Shown one piece after another: positions 26,275-39,822 of a stretch of DNA of 63,357 nt. Position numbers and translations under genes: made by a program. Within the stretch, counting starts at the first letter, position 1, and each line of letters opens with the position of its first letter. Under the pieces are notes generated by a model that was given only the letters and a program-made list of their open reading frames with translations, was not told where the DNA came from and ran no database searches. Origin of the DNA: Octopus bimaculoides (lineage: Eukaryota); the NCBI RefSeq assembly GCF_001194135.2, contig NC_068989.1, positions 38,259,637 to 38,322,993 of the forward strand. Direction: 5' to 3'.

Positions 26275-26600
26275 GAGTATGGCAGAATGGCTAGAAAGTT
26301 TGCATTGCTATCATGAGGTTCTGGATTCAATCCGACTGTATGGCATCTTGGGCATCGATTTTTTTTTACCAGTGTCTTGAGCTGATTCAAAACTTGTGAG
26401 TGAAATTAACTTGATGGAAACTGTGAGGAAGCCTGTCAGATGGATTGTGTCTGTAATTCAGATGTACAGCCTTGTCACATACTGTGTCAAGCTGATTTTA
26501 CCCGAGGCTTATGCTGTTGGTACTTGTGTTTCTAGAATGTTCAGTAACTTACATGTTAATTTAATGAGCAGCTTATTTAGTTGATCAAATGATTGAAACT
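26275..26600 (+). mobile_element. Family A-like SINE, alternative tail subfamily
   Basis: Head ggagtatggcagaatggctagaaag..ggattcaatcc; the tail matches 51150-51460 and 59865-60200. Confidence 0.65.
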
Positions 26601-28673
26601 GATAGAGAAACTGATAGAGAATTTATTTTCTCCTTTAAGTAATATTTGGAAGAAAGTGATAGTATCTGAGCTTGAATTGGGCTATGAATATTACAGATAT
26701 TTAACAAATCAAACATAGAAACACTTCTAACTGTAAATTGAAACTGTCCCCTTTGTTCTCAGAACAAAACTTAAGACAATATTCTACTGCAGCTGCCACT
26801 ATTAACTCTTAATGAACATTTTGTCTTGTAATGAGGAGGTGCCAGAAGAACTTGGCAAAAGATGAGACAACATCCTGCAAGGCTCTTGAACTTGTCTGAA
26901 CCATGAAATAATGGAGAAAGTTATAATGTTGATTGTGGTGTTGATAATATTGATTATTTTATTGATTACAGTTATGGAGAGAGTGATGACAATGTGGGTG
27001 ATGATAATGATGATGGCAGCATTGATAATGAAGGGAAGGAGATGTGGAGGATTATAGTTATTACAGTAATGTTGAAAATGATGATATTAGTGGTAGTCAT
27101 AAAGGAGTGAGGAAATCGATAATAATTTTGTTGACAATTATGATAATGGTGGTGGTGGTGGTGGTGGGTATATTGATGAAGTGAACTTAAATGTATAGAA
27201 TTCTGAAAGCTTTTCAAATAACCTGAAAAGCAGTTGTTAATGTCAGCTTGGTAAATACATTTTTGAGGTTTAGATGTTTATGTAAATCATATCTGAAGAT
27301 TAATAGTGGTGAGCTGTAGTAATAGTCGTGATGGAGGAGTTTACCAGATACAACATATGGTTGGCAAGTTTCTTTTTAGTACAGTTATTTATTTGGTACT
27401 GGCTTCCAGTTAAACAACACAAACACTACAATACCATCACAAAGATACTATCCTTCCCACTCAATTAAGACAATCAGAATAGGAAATAGAGAAAATAGCA
27501 GCTGTCACATCAATAACCTACTGAGCCCAGGAGAACAGTAATGTTTCTGCTAACATAGTTTACTTCTATTGTGGTCATTACCAGAGGCTAAGGTAACAGA
27601 CTGGACTGAAGGGGAAATGCAGTATTTGCAGTCATGCCATATTGCACCCCCATACAATAAACCACTGCATGTCAATGTCCTTAACTAGGCAGAAGTACAG
27701 TGTATCTTAAGTGTTGGATATGTAGATTGTACCCAGTTAGCTAACTAGATCAGGGTCTGCTAGGTCATGTTCATATGGCATAAAATGAATGAATGAAGGA
27801 ACTTGAAAAAGAAAATGGGACTGTCACACTTCACAGGCTTTGATCATGGGCTTACTTGGTCAATGCTGACCTGGGGTTAAACAATAACATCAGCTCTCTT
27901 CTCATATAAAACCTAATATCAAATTGATTTATACTTAGTAAGTTTAAACAGTATTTATTGTGGTCTTTCAACAATATCATCATCATAACCATTATCAAAT
28001 CTCTCATTATAATTGAGGGAATCAAATTTGTCCCCTCAGTTTTAACTCTTTAGTTAGAGTTGGAAGCACTTTTCTTATTTGATATCATTAGTGAATCATA
28101 AAAATCCTTGAACCCCCATCTCAATTTCCTGAAGACCACCTTACTTTCTATCCTCTTGGGCTGAGTAAAATTCACATCCCACATTAAAATTAGTGGACTG
28201 GTCAATAGAAAAGCTAAGCAGAAACACATCTGCTGGGAGTAAAAAAATATTTATCAAACTAGAGGACCCTTGACATGTTTCTATCTTATTCTAACATCCA
28301 CATTTTTAACTGTACTTGACAAAGTTATTGTGTTAGGAATTTATTTATTATTGTGAGAAAATAGAATCATTTTGAGATGAAATAATTCAATTATCATCTG
28401 AATGAAAAGCAGTAATTAAGTTTATGTTAACAAATCCAATAGAGAAAACATCAAAAACAAATATAAACTATGGATATTTATTATGTTTGTTCTTATTGCT
28501 GTCTAATCCATATATTAAAGTTAAATACTTTGCTACAGAGTTTGTCTTTGTTTACATTTGTCTAGTGTTAAATATATTCAAAAAAGAATCTGTAATATAT
28601 TTTTATTAATACTATTTTCTGTCGTGCTAGAAAATGTTATTATTGTTGTTGTAGGTAATATTATTAAAAGTCT

Positions 28674-29257
28674 AAGGTGGTGAGCTGGCTGTATTGTTAG
28701 TACACTGGGCAAAATGTTTAGTGGCATTTTGTCTGTCTTTACATTCTGAGTTCAGATGTCACCAAGGTCAACCTTGCTTTTAACCTTTTGGGGTCGATAA
28801 AATAATTACCAGTTGAGCACTGGGGTCAAGGTAATTGACTTATCTCCTCTCCTGGAACTGTTGGTCTTGTGCCAATGTGCGGGTGGCACATAAAATACAC
28901 CATTTTGAGCGTGGCCGTTGCCAGTACCGCCTGACTGACCTTCGTAGGATTTTCGAGCGCGATCGTTGTCAGTGCCCCTGGACTGGCTCCTGTGCGGGTG
29001 GCACATAAAATACACCATTTTGAGCATGGCCGTTGCCAGTACCACTTGACTGGCCTTCGTGTGGGTGACACGTAAAAGCACCCACTACACTCTCTGAGTG
29101 GTTGGCGTTAGGAAGGGCATCCAGCTGTAGAAACTCTGCCAAATCAGATAAGAGCCTGGTGTTGCCATCCGGTTTCACCAGTCCTCAGTCAAATCGTCCA
29201 ACCCATGCTAGCATGGAAGGCGGATGTTAAACGATGATGATGATGATGATGATGATG
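28674..29257 (+). mobile_element. Chimeric insertion: family B SINE (28674-28875) fused to family C repeat (28876-29257) with (GAT)n tail
   Basis: Flanked by aatattattaaaagtct (28657-28673) and aatattattgaaaagtct (29258-29275). Confidence 0.8.
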
Positions 29258-29611
29258 AATATTATTGAAAAGTCTTTAAAATAGGGCTTAGCCATCACTC
29301 GCAAGTGAGAATGTTTTTGATAAATGTTTTTGGTGTCTATGTAGTCTAGAGAAAATATAGTCACACTCTCAGGCTTCCCACACTTGAGGTAACAGAACAA
29401 GGATGTGACAGTTGGAAGGAAAGAAAGCTGTGCTATTATTGGGACAGGTACTCATTTACAACTGAGCAATGTGTGATGATATGCTTTGCCAAAGAACACA
29501 ATATACCACTCAGCCCAAGAAACAAACCCAAAACTTTTGTTCAACATTTTAACTACTAGACCATGTGCCTTCACTAGTGATATCATTATTATTATTATAA
29601 TTATTATATAT

Positions 29612-29828
29612 AAGGCAGTGAGCTGGTAGAATTGTTAGCCTGAACAAAACACTTACTGGCATTCTGTCCATCTTTACATTTCTAGTTCAAATTCCTCCAA
29701 GGTTGACTTAGCCCTTCATCCTTTTGGGTTTGATGAAATAAGCACCAGGCAAGTACTGGGGTCAGTATAACCAACAACCCCTCTCTCCTAAAATTTCAGA
29801 CCTTGTGCCTATAGTAGAAAGGATTATT

Positions 29829-29868
<40 letters not shown>

Positions 29869-30725
29869 AGGTGACGAGCTGACAGAATTGTTAGTGCACT
29901 GGACGAAATGCTTAGCGGTATTTCACCCGTTACTATGTTTTGAGTTCAAATTCTGCTGAAGTCAATTTTGCCTCTCATCCTTTTGGGATTGTTAAATTAA
30001 GTATTAGTGAAACACTGGCGTCAATGTAATCAACTTATCGGCTATCCCAAAATTGCTGTTCTTGTGGCAAAATTTGAAACCATTATTATTATTATTATTA
30101 AAACATCGAGCTGGCAGAACTGTTATCATGCTGGGCAAAATGTGTAGCAGCATTTCATCCATCCTTATGTTCTGAGTTCAAATTCTACCCAAGGTTGATT
30201 TTGCCTTTCACCCTTTCGGGATCGATAAAATACATACCAGTACCAGTTATGCACTGGGGTTGATGTGGTCAACTAGCCCCCTCCCACCAAAAATTTCAGG
30301 CCTTGTGTCTATAGTAGAAAGGATTGTTATTATTTGCCCATCACTATGTTGTGAGTTCAAGTTCTGCTCAGGTTGACTTTGCCTTTCATCCTTTTGGGGT
30401 CGATAAATTAAGTACCAGTCAAGTGCTGGGGTCAGTGTGATCGATTGTTCTCCTCCCCACAAAATTCCAGGCCTTGTGCCTATAGTAGAAAGGATTATTA
30501 GTATTATAATTATAATTACATATAAGGCGGTGAGCTTACAGAGTTATTTGCATGCCGGATAAAATGCTTAGCAATGTTTTGTACGTCTTTACATTCTGAG
30601 TTCAAATGCTACTGGGGTTAACTTCGCCCTTTATCCTTTTGGGTTCGATAAAATAAGCACCAATTGAACACTGAGTTATCCCGTTCCCCAAAACTGCTGG
30701 TGTTGTGTCAAAATTTGAAATCATT
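29612..30725 (+). mobile_element. Head-to-tail array of five family B SINEs
   Basis: Units at about 29612-29828, 29868-30081, 30101-30330, 30335-30500 (5'-truncated) and 30524-30725, joined by (CAT)n/(ATT)n linkers. Confidence 0.9.
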
Positions 30726-31021
30726 ACTATAATAAAAGAAAGAAAGCAGAGGACAAAATGCCATGCAATATTTAGTTACAGCCTATATTATGAGTTTAAA
30801 TCCTTCTATGTTCAACTTTTTCTTTTATTATTTGAGGTTCAACAAAATCAAATACCAATCAAATACTGAGATCAATTTGATCAACTGACTCCTGCCCACA
30901 AAATTGTTGCCCTGTACATATATTCTTATTAATGCTGTTGTTATTATCAATGTCACTATAAAATGTAGTAAAAATGGTAGTGCCACAAAATAAATTTCTT
31001 CTTTTATCATTTACTTGCTGC

Positions 31022-31382
31022 ACTCATTAGACTGTGGCCATGCTAAGGTACCACCTTGAAGAGTTTTAGTCGAACAAATCAATCCCAATATTTATTTCTT
31101 TTTCATCATTCAAGCCTGATACTAATTCTGTTAGTCTCTTTTGCCAAACTGCTAAGTTACGGGGACATAAACACACCAACACCAGTTGTCAAACAGTGAT
31201 GGAGGAAAACACACACACACACACACAGCAGACTTCTTTTAGTTTCCATCTACCAAATCTACTTACAAGGCTTTGGTCAGCCCCAGGCTTTTGCAAAAGA
31301 TAGCAAGGTGCTATGAAGTGGAACTGAACCTGGAACCATATGGTTGGGAAGCAAACTTTTTACCACGCAGCCATGCTTGTGC
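31022..31382 (-). mobile_element. Family A SINE, full length
   Basis: Colinear with 16522-16900 and 41626-41960. Confidence 0.85.
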
Positions 31383-31871
31383 CTCATAATAACTAGTTAT
31401 GTTTCTTTAAAATAAAAAGCTCAGAACCTGTCAGCACTGGAGTCAATATTTCATGATTCTGAGTTCATTATAAATAATTATCAATGACATATTGGTAGCT
31501 GATTTAATTCATTGTTATCATTGTCATTTTATATTTGCTTTCCATGCTGGCATGGGGTTAGATAGGTTATTGTAGTCCAAGTAATTTCTTATTTGGAGCC
31601 ACATAGTAACTGGCATTTGTACATGTCATTTGGCTTGAATTCTACAGTTTGGTGCCCTTTGTATTGCTAACTACTTTATTGTATGGCATGCATTTTCTTG
31701 TGACATCAAAACCACAGAACTCAGTAAGTTAAGTTATGTAGATCAAGAAAGAAACCTGAAGAAGCAGTGAAAGCAGAAACACCAGGAATAGGCTGTTGAG
31801 CAGGGGAAGTAATGATGTAAGTGTATGCCTCTGCATTAAATATTTCTGGTTTAGTTGTTGTTGTAAATATC

Positions 31872-32130
31872 AGTTTCAAATTTTGGCACTAGGCCAGTAA
31901 TTTTGAGAGAGGGAGTAAGTCGATTACATCATCCCTAGTGTGCAACTCTTACTTATTTTATCGACCCCCCCCCCCCNNNNNNNNNNNNNNNNNNNNNNNN
32001 NNNNNNNNNNNNNNNNNGCACCCAAGAGGATGACAAGCAAAGTCGACCTCAGTGGTATTTGAACTCAGACTGAAGAAATGCTACTAAGCATTTTGCCCAA
32101 CATGCTAATGATTCTGCCAGTCCACTGCCT
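31872..32130 (-). mobile_element. Family B SINE (beta tail) containing a gap
   Basis: tttcaaattttggcactaggccag...agtcgacctcagtggtatttgaactcag...attctgccagtccactgcctt. Confidence 0.8.
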
Positions 32131-33131
32131 TATTTTTGATATAGAAGCTTCAGTGACAAGCAGTGATAAGGAATAAATGAACTTTAGGGTAGTTAGAACA
32201 TGTTTCTGATACGTTTTAACTTCCAAAGGCAAATTCACTGCAGCTACACCATGGCGAAAAAATTCTTTCTTAAGGTAAAAAGTGTAAAATACCATATCTG
32301 TCTAGTGTTTCCCTCTAGCAGATTTCCAGATGCATGTTTCTAGCTTTTTAGCCTTCCCCAATGGAAAATACCAAAGAAAAATAATGTGTTGTTGTAAATA
32401 TTACTACTGTAATATAATTGTTGACGTTCTTATAACATTTCTTATCTTTTTTCTTTTCATAAATGCTGCTGCTTTGTCTGGCTGTCAACCATGTGTCTCA
32501 GGTATGTACTATTCTAAATTCTCTAGTTGCTATTACTTGCTGTAGATATCTTTCTAGATAACATATTCCATGTTAATTACTATGATGTAAAACAATATTT
32601 GATGCTGGGCTTCCAAAATTTCTCGTTGGTTGGATTGTATCTGGGGTAAAGTATAGAGAACTATGTATTCTTAGATGCTGGATATTTGATCTCTCTCAGA
32701 GATATACGTAATTAGTTGGATTTCAAAGATGTTTCTTTCATGTTTGTATTTTAATACAATTTGTCACTTGTTTCCAATTTGAAGTAGTGTAATATTATTA
32801 TTATTTTGAAAGAAATCATTAATCTAGTATATATATATATATANNNNNNNNNNNNNNNNNNNNNNNNNNNNNNNNNNNNNNNNNNNNNNNNNNNNNNNNN
32901 NNNNNNNNNNNNNNNNNNNNNNNNNNNNNNNNNNNNNNNNNNNNNNNNNNNNNNNNNNNNNNNNNNNNNNNNNNNNNNNNNNNNNNNNNNNNNNNNNNNN
33001 NNNNNNNNNNNNNNNNNNNNNNNNNNNNNNNNNNNNNNNNNNNNNNNNNNNNNNNNNNNNNNNNNNNNNNNNNNNNNNNNNNNNNNNNNNNNNNNNNNNN
33101 NNNNNNNNNNNNNNNNNNAGAGAGAGAGAGA

Positions 33132-33184
<53 letters not shown>

Positions 33185-33434
33185 TTTTAAAACATGTTTG
33201 TTGTTTATTACTATCAATAGAAAACAATCGAATGGCAGAAACATTAACAAAGTGGACTAAATACATAAAAAATAATTACATTTCTCCAGCTACATTCTTA
33301 ATTGAAGATTGTTTTTTACATTTACCCTTTGGTATGATGGCTTTTCAAAGACATAAATAACAGTTCTGACTGATGTATTAACAGCAATTTACAATCAACT
33401 GTCAAATTGTAAAACACTGCCATCACAAGACTTA

Positions 33435-33471
<37 letters not shown>

Positions 33472-33750
33472 TATAGGTATGTGGCTTAGTGACTACAGTT
33501 TGGAGCTCATGTTCATTAGATTTTGGGTTCAATTCAAAGATTAGGAAGCCCATTGTAACCTTGAACATGGCACATTTTCAAGTTCTCTCGAGTGAAAATT
33601 AATATCAGTGGGTACTGTAAGCAACTCTGTGACAAACTAGTATCCCATTCAGAGGATGGTCTTGTATATTCTGTTGCCTAAAGGCCTTTGAATTCTGGAT
33701 AAGCTTAGCCCACATGAGCCTTTAAGCTTGAAGCAAAGTTTAACAAAGAG
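33472..33750 (+). mobile_element. Old tRNA-derived SINE related to 39823-40130
   Basis: gtggcttagtg (A box), gggttcaattc (B box), and central actctgtgacaaactagtatcccattcagagg similar to ctgcgatggactggcatcctgtccag. Confidence 0.55.
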
Positions 33751-36674
33751 CCTCTGTGTGTGTGTGTGTGTGTGGACTGTTTGAACTTATTTCACTGAAC
33801 AACTAAGCTCTTCTATCATTTTACATATTCACACTTTTTGTAGTTGTAAATATGTGTATATCTATGAACAATTTGTTAACTGTATGTTTGTATATGAAAT
33901 GTACACATATCCATATATGTACGCATATTTGGAATATATATAGGTGTGTGTGTGCATAGTGAATAAGTTTATATGTGTGTATTTAATACAAATACATTTA
34001 GCTCCACTGTTTGTATAGATCATATGATTAAATCTTAGGGTTCTTTCTGCAGATGAACAACTTGACTAGTTTTCTCAGGTTGTAATTCTTTAGCTTGATC
34101 TACTGGGAAGGCAATGTCGTTAAACCATAGCGTCTATTTGCACAGCAAAGCTGATTGTTTGAGTGTGTGTGTGTGTGTGTGGGGGGGGGGGTGATGAGAT
34201 CAAATGAAATTTCGATACAGAATTTTATTATTTGCAATCTATTATATATAAGAACAAACATGATATCCTCTAGTCAGTTGTTCGATTTTTTTCTTATGAC
34301 AAAAAATATTAGTATTATGCTTAATATCTTGAATGTAGTTTCTCCCCATCAAATTTGAATTTGGCTTTCACATATTATGACAAGAACCAATCTTGTATTG
34401 GATCCTTTCAATTTGTGATACCTTATTACATAGGTTTGTGACCTTCAGTCCATATTAGATCTTGCTTGGACTTTGTAGCAAATCTAATTCTTCTAGTGTT
34501 GCATATTGGAAATTGAGAAATTTGCAAATTGCAGTTGCTGAAATTGTTTCCTTTGCCTTTATGTATAGTAATGGTTTGTGTATTCTATCAAATGATTGCA
34601 AAGTAGTAGTTTGGTTTTTTTTTAAATTGGCAGTAATCTTTGCAGGCCACTCTGAATCCTTTTGAGATTGGTCTCCTATCTTTAATGATTTAGAAAACCT
34701 CAGTGCGGTGAAAGTCATCATTCTTGGCTATTTCGTAAGCTGTTTTATAGGCAATGCTTGTAGAAATGTCACTTGCATTTAATACGGCTTTTTAGTAGAG
34801 ACTGAAATGAGATAACAAAATTATGGTTAAATCAGAAGGATTCCTCTATAATTGTTACACAAGAAAATATATTTGATCCAATATCATACAAAATATTAAC
34901 ATGTATTGGAAACAAAAAGATGCTTATTCTCTGCTAATATTTTGAATACTGTATTTTTGGGCATTCAAGTTGACATAGCGTATAGTGTAAATAGTCAAAC
35001 ATCATCACTATCTTTTCAAATTCTGCTGTATTTCACATGCAATTTTTGATCCTCTGAAGTCATCTTGATGTGTAAGCCAACATACCTGTTTTAACTGTAA
35101 ATTTTGGTCTGAAAACTTTAACTTATATGCTCAGAAATATGGTATATGTCTTGTACCACTTTTATAACCACCAACATATATCAGGAAGTATATGTGTGAA
35201 CACATATTACGTTCTATTGTTTGTATAACTGATTAGGTTTTGCATACATATTATACAAATAACACTGGAAAACTGACTCCACCTACTTGAACAATTTTGG
35301 ACACACCAAACAGAACTTACAAGGAAATATTCAAACTACCAAATCAGTGTAAAAAGTGGCAACAAACAGTGGCATATAATTTTTTAATGATTGAATATGT
35401 TAGATAATCAGAATGGTAGCTGGCACTTGGAATATTCTACAACATTTTAGATACACTTTATTGATTTTAAGAGGCTTCTGGTGATTATTAATATTTTCAA
35501 AAGAAAATTTTCATAAACATTTGCTCTATTGAATATATTTTAAACATTCCTAATTAATTTCTTATTTTAATTTAGATAATTTAATACAGTTAAACAAATA
35601 TATAAAGCGTGCAATACTGTTTGTTTCAAAAATTTTTCCCCTAAAGATTTCCTAGTAATTTTTAATAATTTTACTGATTAAATTTGGATATAAAATTGTT
35701 CATTTAAATCTGCCTCTAGTTCTTGTTCGATCAGGAAATATTTTGCAACTATTGCAGCAGATTATGCTGCAAAATACTGTCTTTCTCTTTTGCGGTATAT
35801 ATATATATATATATATAGTTCAAATATGCAGAAAAGAAAAGACAAAGACAGGTGAGGGAACAACAAGTAGGTGTATTAGTTTGATGCTTGGGAAGAATGG
35901 AAAAGTCTTTGACATTTAGAGCTACACTCTTTGAAAGGGAGAATGAGAGGAAATAAACTGAGAGAGAAAAAATGTGTCAGGATTAATGGTTTAACATGAT
36001 GAAATGACTGGAAGAAAGAAGTCGAGTGAAGGAGAGAACTGGGGTGTAGCAAGTATGTGTGTGTGTATGTGAGTTTGTGCAGGGGCAAGTGCATGTGTAT
36101 GTATGGGCAGACATTTCATCATGTTGAACCATTAATCCATACACATTTTTTCTCTCAACATTTTTTTCATTCTCTCTCCACTTTTTTTTTGTCCTCTGTC
36201 TTTTCTATCGAAGAACATAGGCTTGAAATGTGTTCTGTGGTGGTAAAAGAATAAGTTTCAGCATCATGTCTGTTCTATAAAGTTGCTGTGTTTCACTGCA
36301 AATAGTTTTAAATATTACTCAGATGTATTACTGGCATTCTATGTTTTTGTTGCTCTTACGGATTTGTAGAGGCTGTAAAATTGCTTGATTTACATTCAAA
36401 ATTCATTAAGTAGTCATATTCCTTAATTGTTAAACGTTTTCAGTGGAGATGAATGGAGGTGCTAATTTTCTTCATTATTTTTTAATGTTAGTAATTGTTT
36501 ACCTTTTCACAATGTCTATTTCTTACATCAAGCACCAGAAGAGAAATAGGAAATTCACAAAAGTTAAATTGCGCCATATAATATAAACCATACACCTAAC
36601 ACAACAATGACTTGAATAATTACTCTGCTCACTGTACAACTGCAACAACTAATCAGAAAGTTTCTACATAGTCA

Positions 36675-36702
36675 ACTTACCTATCAAAATACAAGCAAAA
36701 TC
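36675..36702 (-). promoter_or_regulatory. Recursive-splice-like site (acceptor immediately followed by donor)
   Basis: Minus strand ttttgcttgtattttgatAG|GTAAGT. Confidence 0.35.
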
Positions 36703-36999
36703 TACCTCAAATAACTCCATATTCATTTAAAAAAAAAAAGATAAAGAGCAGTGTAGTCCTAAGATGTGATGGCCATGGCTAGACTACTTTTCATCACAGG
36801 TTTACTCAAAGTTATCTAAAACTAAACAACAATAATTATTACTGTTTTATGAATACTCCTGGATTACTACACATGGCATGTACTAGAAGCATTATTCAGA
36901 AACCTTACACAAACATATAATGGCGTCAATGATTTGTATATGCTTTGAAGCATATATATATATATATATATATATATAACACTAAAAAACAAATCCATC

Positions 37000-37500
37000 A
37001 TTCTAACTACTATCGTCACCAGTCTTTCTTTCGATTCCATTTCTCACTTCATTGTCATACACCAAATATTAAATATCTTATGAAACAATGCAAAATGATT
37101 GTTACTAACCTATTTTTAAGTTACCAACTCTTTTGAGTTTGCAACTGCTTGATCTTCCTTCACATTCACACAAATGCAAATCATATGCAAATTCCAGCTC
37201 AATTCTTTCCTTCAGGAATAAGATTGAAAATATGTCTTCTTAACATAACAAGATATCATGAAATACAACCTGTGACACCAGCATTACAACACATGACAAA
37301 AATATTAGGGCTCACTTGCAAAACTTCTGCATGCTCTCCACACATAGAAGTCATGGAAAAGAAAGCAAAACAATGCACAAATATATTTAGAGCATTATGA
37401 TCATCACATTTAACAACAAATTGTGTGCAAACAATACATAAAATCCAGGACTGATTATACCAAACTCCAACTTTCCTTAAATCTTGACAATAATCCACAA
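37000..37500 (+). pseudogene. LINE (I/Jockey-group) RT C-terminal remnant
   Basis: TKILGLTCKTSACSPHIEVMEKKAKQCTNIFRAL matches the LINE motif KILGLTFD..LTF..HI.....KA..RLNILRAL. Confidence 0.6.
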
Positions 37501-39367
37501 AGAAACTACAGAATGATTGAAATTACAGACAACGCACATAGACCAAAAATAGAAAATAGCCTTAGTCTTAAACATTGTTCAGATGCCCACCAACAATAAG
37601 TGCAGAGGAACAGTAACCATTGCAGTTTGATTGAATCCTCTTTGTGTCTGCCTTTAATCTGAACATTGCTAGTATCTACAAATGCACAAGTATTTTCTGG
37701 ATTGTTAAAAGGTTAAAATACGTCGAGACAGTCATTATGCAGCACTAACCAAAATATATTATAATGTGCAATGTTGTCTTTAACAAGGTAGCAGTCATGG
37801 TATATTTACAACACTACATCCAAGAGTTGCACTTGATTTGCTTAACCAGAGTACTATGAGACTGTTCACTCCAAGCTGACCAGGGATTACATAATATCGT
37901 TATGATGTCCCCCACCATCATCATTCTAACTTACACATGTTTCTCCTATATATTTCTGTGTTGCTTCAGACTAAATGGATTTGAAGGAACATTTCTCTCC
38001 ATTTGCCAATTATTGATGCTGTAATAATTTCTATGATACTATTCTCCCCATTGATACAATATCCTATTTCAATAACTGAATCACGCTTTATACATTGCCA
38101 TAAAATTATATCTATGGTTGTATCTGTGTAGACAATATCCCTAATTTGATAACTCAGTCATTATTTATGCCTCTGAGGTGTAAATAATTTCCCACTCCTA
38201 TTAGAGTGCCATACTGGATATTTGGCAGGCCGAAGTTCAGAAGTAGTCGCTCAAAGACAACATGCTAGCCATAAAATGATTTTATATTTCTTTTAAAGTA
38301 CATAAATACAGTAATAATATAATTGAATTATTCTGTGGTTATCTAAATTTATGCTGTATTCAGAAAATATTTATCTGTGATATTCAAAATGTTGGGGTAA
38401 TATTTCTTTCATAGTATTCAGCACTCAATATGTCACTCTCTTGAATTGGAATCTTTCCTGAATTGGCTATACCTTTTATTTTGCCATTCTTCCTATTCAT
38501 TATTTCTGTTCACATAACAATTACGTTTTTGATAATACTCTTAGGCTATGGTAAATCCGTATGTTGATATCAGCATCAATTTTTGTATATTCCATCTTTT
38601 GTTTCTATGATTAAATTCTTATTTCAGTTGCTATACATACAACTATTTTCTATTACTGCAGCAATAAGTTCTATATCAATAGATCCAATGCTATATAATT
38701 ATTTCAAGCAGCTCTAGCAATGTATTGCTGTGTAATCACTTCTTATAAATCTTATTCATATGTTTGTAATGATTTCAGCTATTTCTGTATTTTTGTTGAA
38801 AATTCTGCCAAGGCAAACATACAAAAAGATTTAGCAATCATTATCAAACAGAATTTAGGTACAGAAAATAAGAAAACATGAGACACAAAATGGCTTTTTT
38901 TTCCCCCTAACATTTAAGAGAACAATGCAGCTGCATCTCATTAACTGAAGAAATGTTCCTTGCAACACCTTAAAGGGATAAATCTTTCGACAGTCATTTC
39001 ATTTTAAAACTAACACAAAAAGCACTACAACATTAAAAATAAATATCAGTGTGTTGTGAAATTAGAAAATTAAAGCTTTCGTTTTGTCTTTAGCTTTTTA
39101 AAAGGCAAGTGAAGATGGATAAAGTATAGTTAAGAGAATAGATTCCTCTCAGTTTAATGAGATGTGAATGAAATTTCCCAATATTCAAGTGCAATATAAT
39201 GACAACATTTTAAATGCACTTATTTTCTTTTTTAGTTGGCTTTTAAATTTTCATCTGAACGTGTGGTTGTGTTTTTATCCTTTTCTCATTTCTCCTGATT
39301 TAAGAAAATGTAGGCATGGATGAACATTTTGTCACATGTACACATGTATACAAACACACGTGTGCAT

Positions 39368-39429
<62 letters not shown>

Positions 39430-39822
39430 GCACACACATAAAGTGCAGACATAACTATGTGGTTAAATTTCCTTCCCATCCATATGATTTTTGGGTTAGC
39501 CTGGAACCTTGGGCAGGTGTCTTTTGCTACAGGTCCAGGCTGAACTATGACTTGTGAGTAGATTCGGAATACAGAAACTAAAAGACCATCGTGTGTGTGT
39601 GTATGTTGTATGTGTATGTATGTATTTGTAAGTTCATGTCTTACCCACTTTTGTCAAAGATAAAAAAAAGGATGAGAGAAGTTTAGTGATAGGGGTGGGG
39701 AAAGTCTGAGGTTCTTAGCAAAGAACAATGTGGGGGTTGACAGTAGATATGAGAAGGTGAAACATATATGTATATGGGAAGTATTGAGAATGACGTGTGT
39801 GCGTATGTGTGTGTGTGTGTGT

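Noticed and set aside
28806-29178. Similar ORFs here and at 56013-56337, 61761-62067 suggesting a gene family
   Set aside because: They are translations of the non-coding family C repeat.
34455-34801. Minus-strand ORF and strong acceptor, with a faint hAT-like AYKTAYEIAK
   Set aside because: All frames after the acceptor stop early; the similarity is too weak to call.
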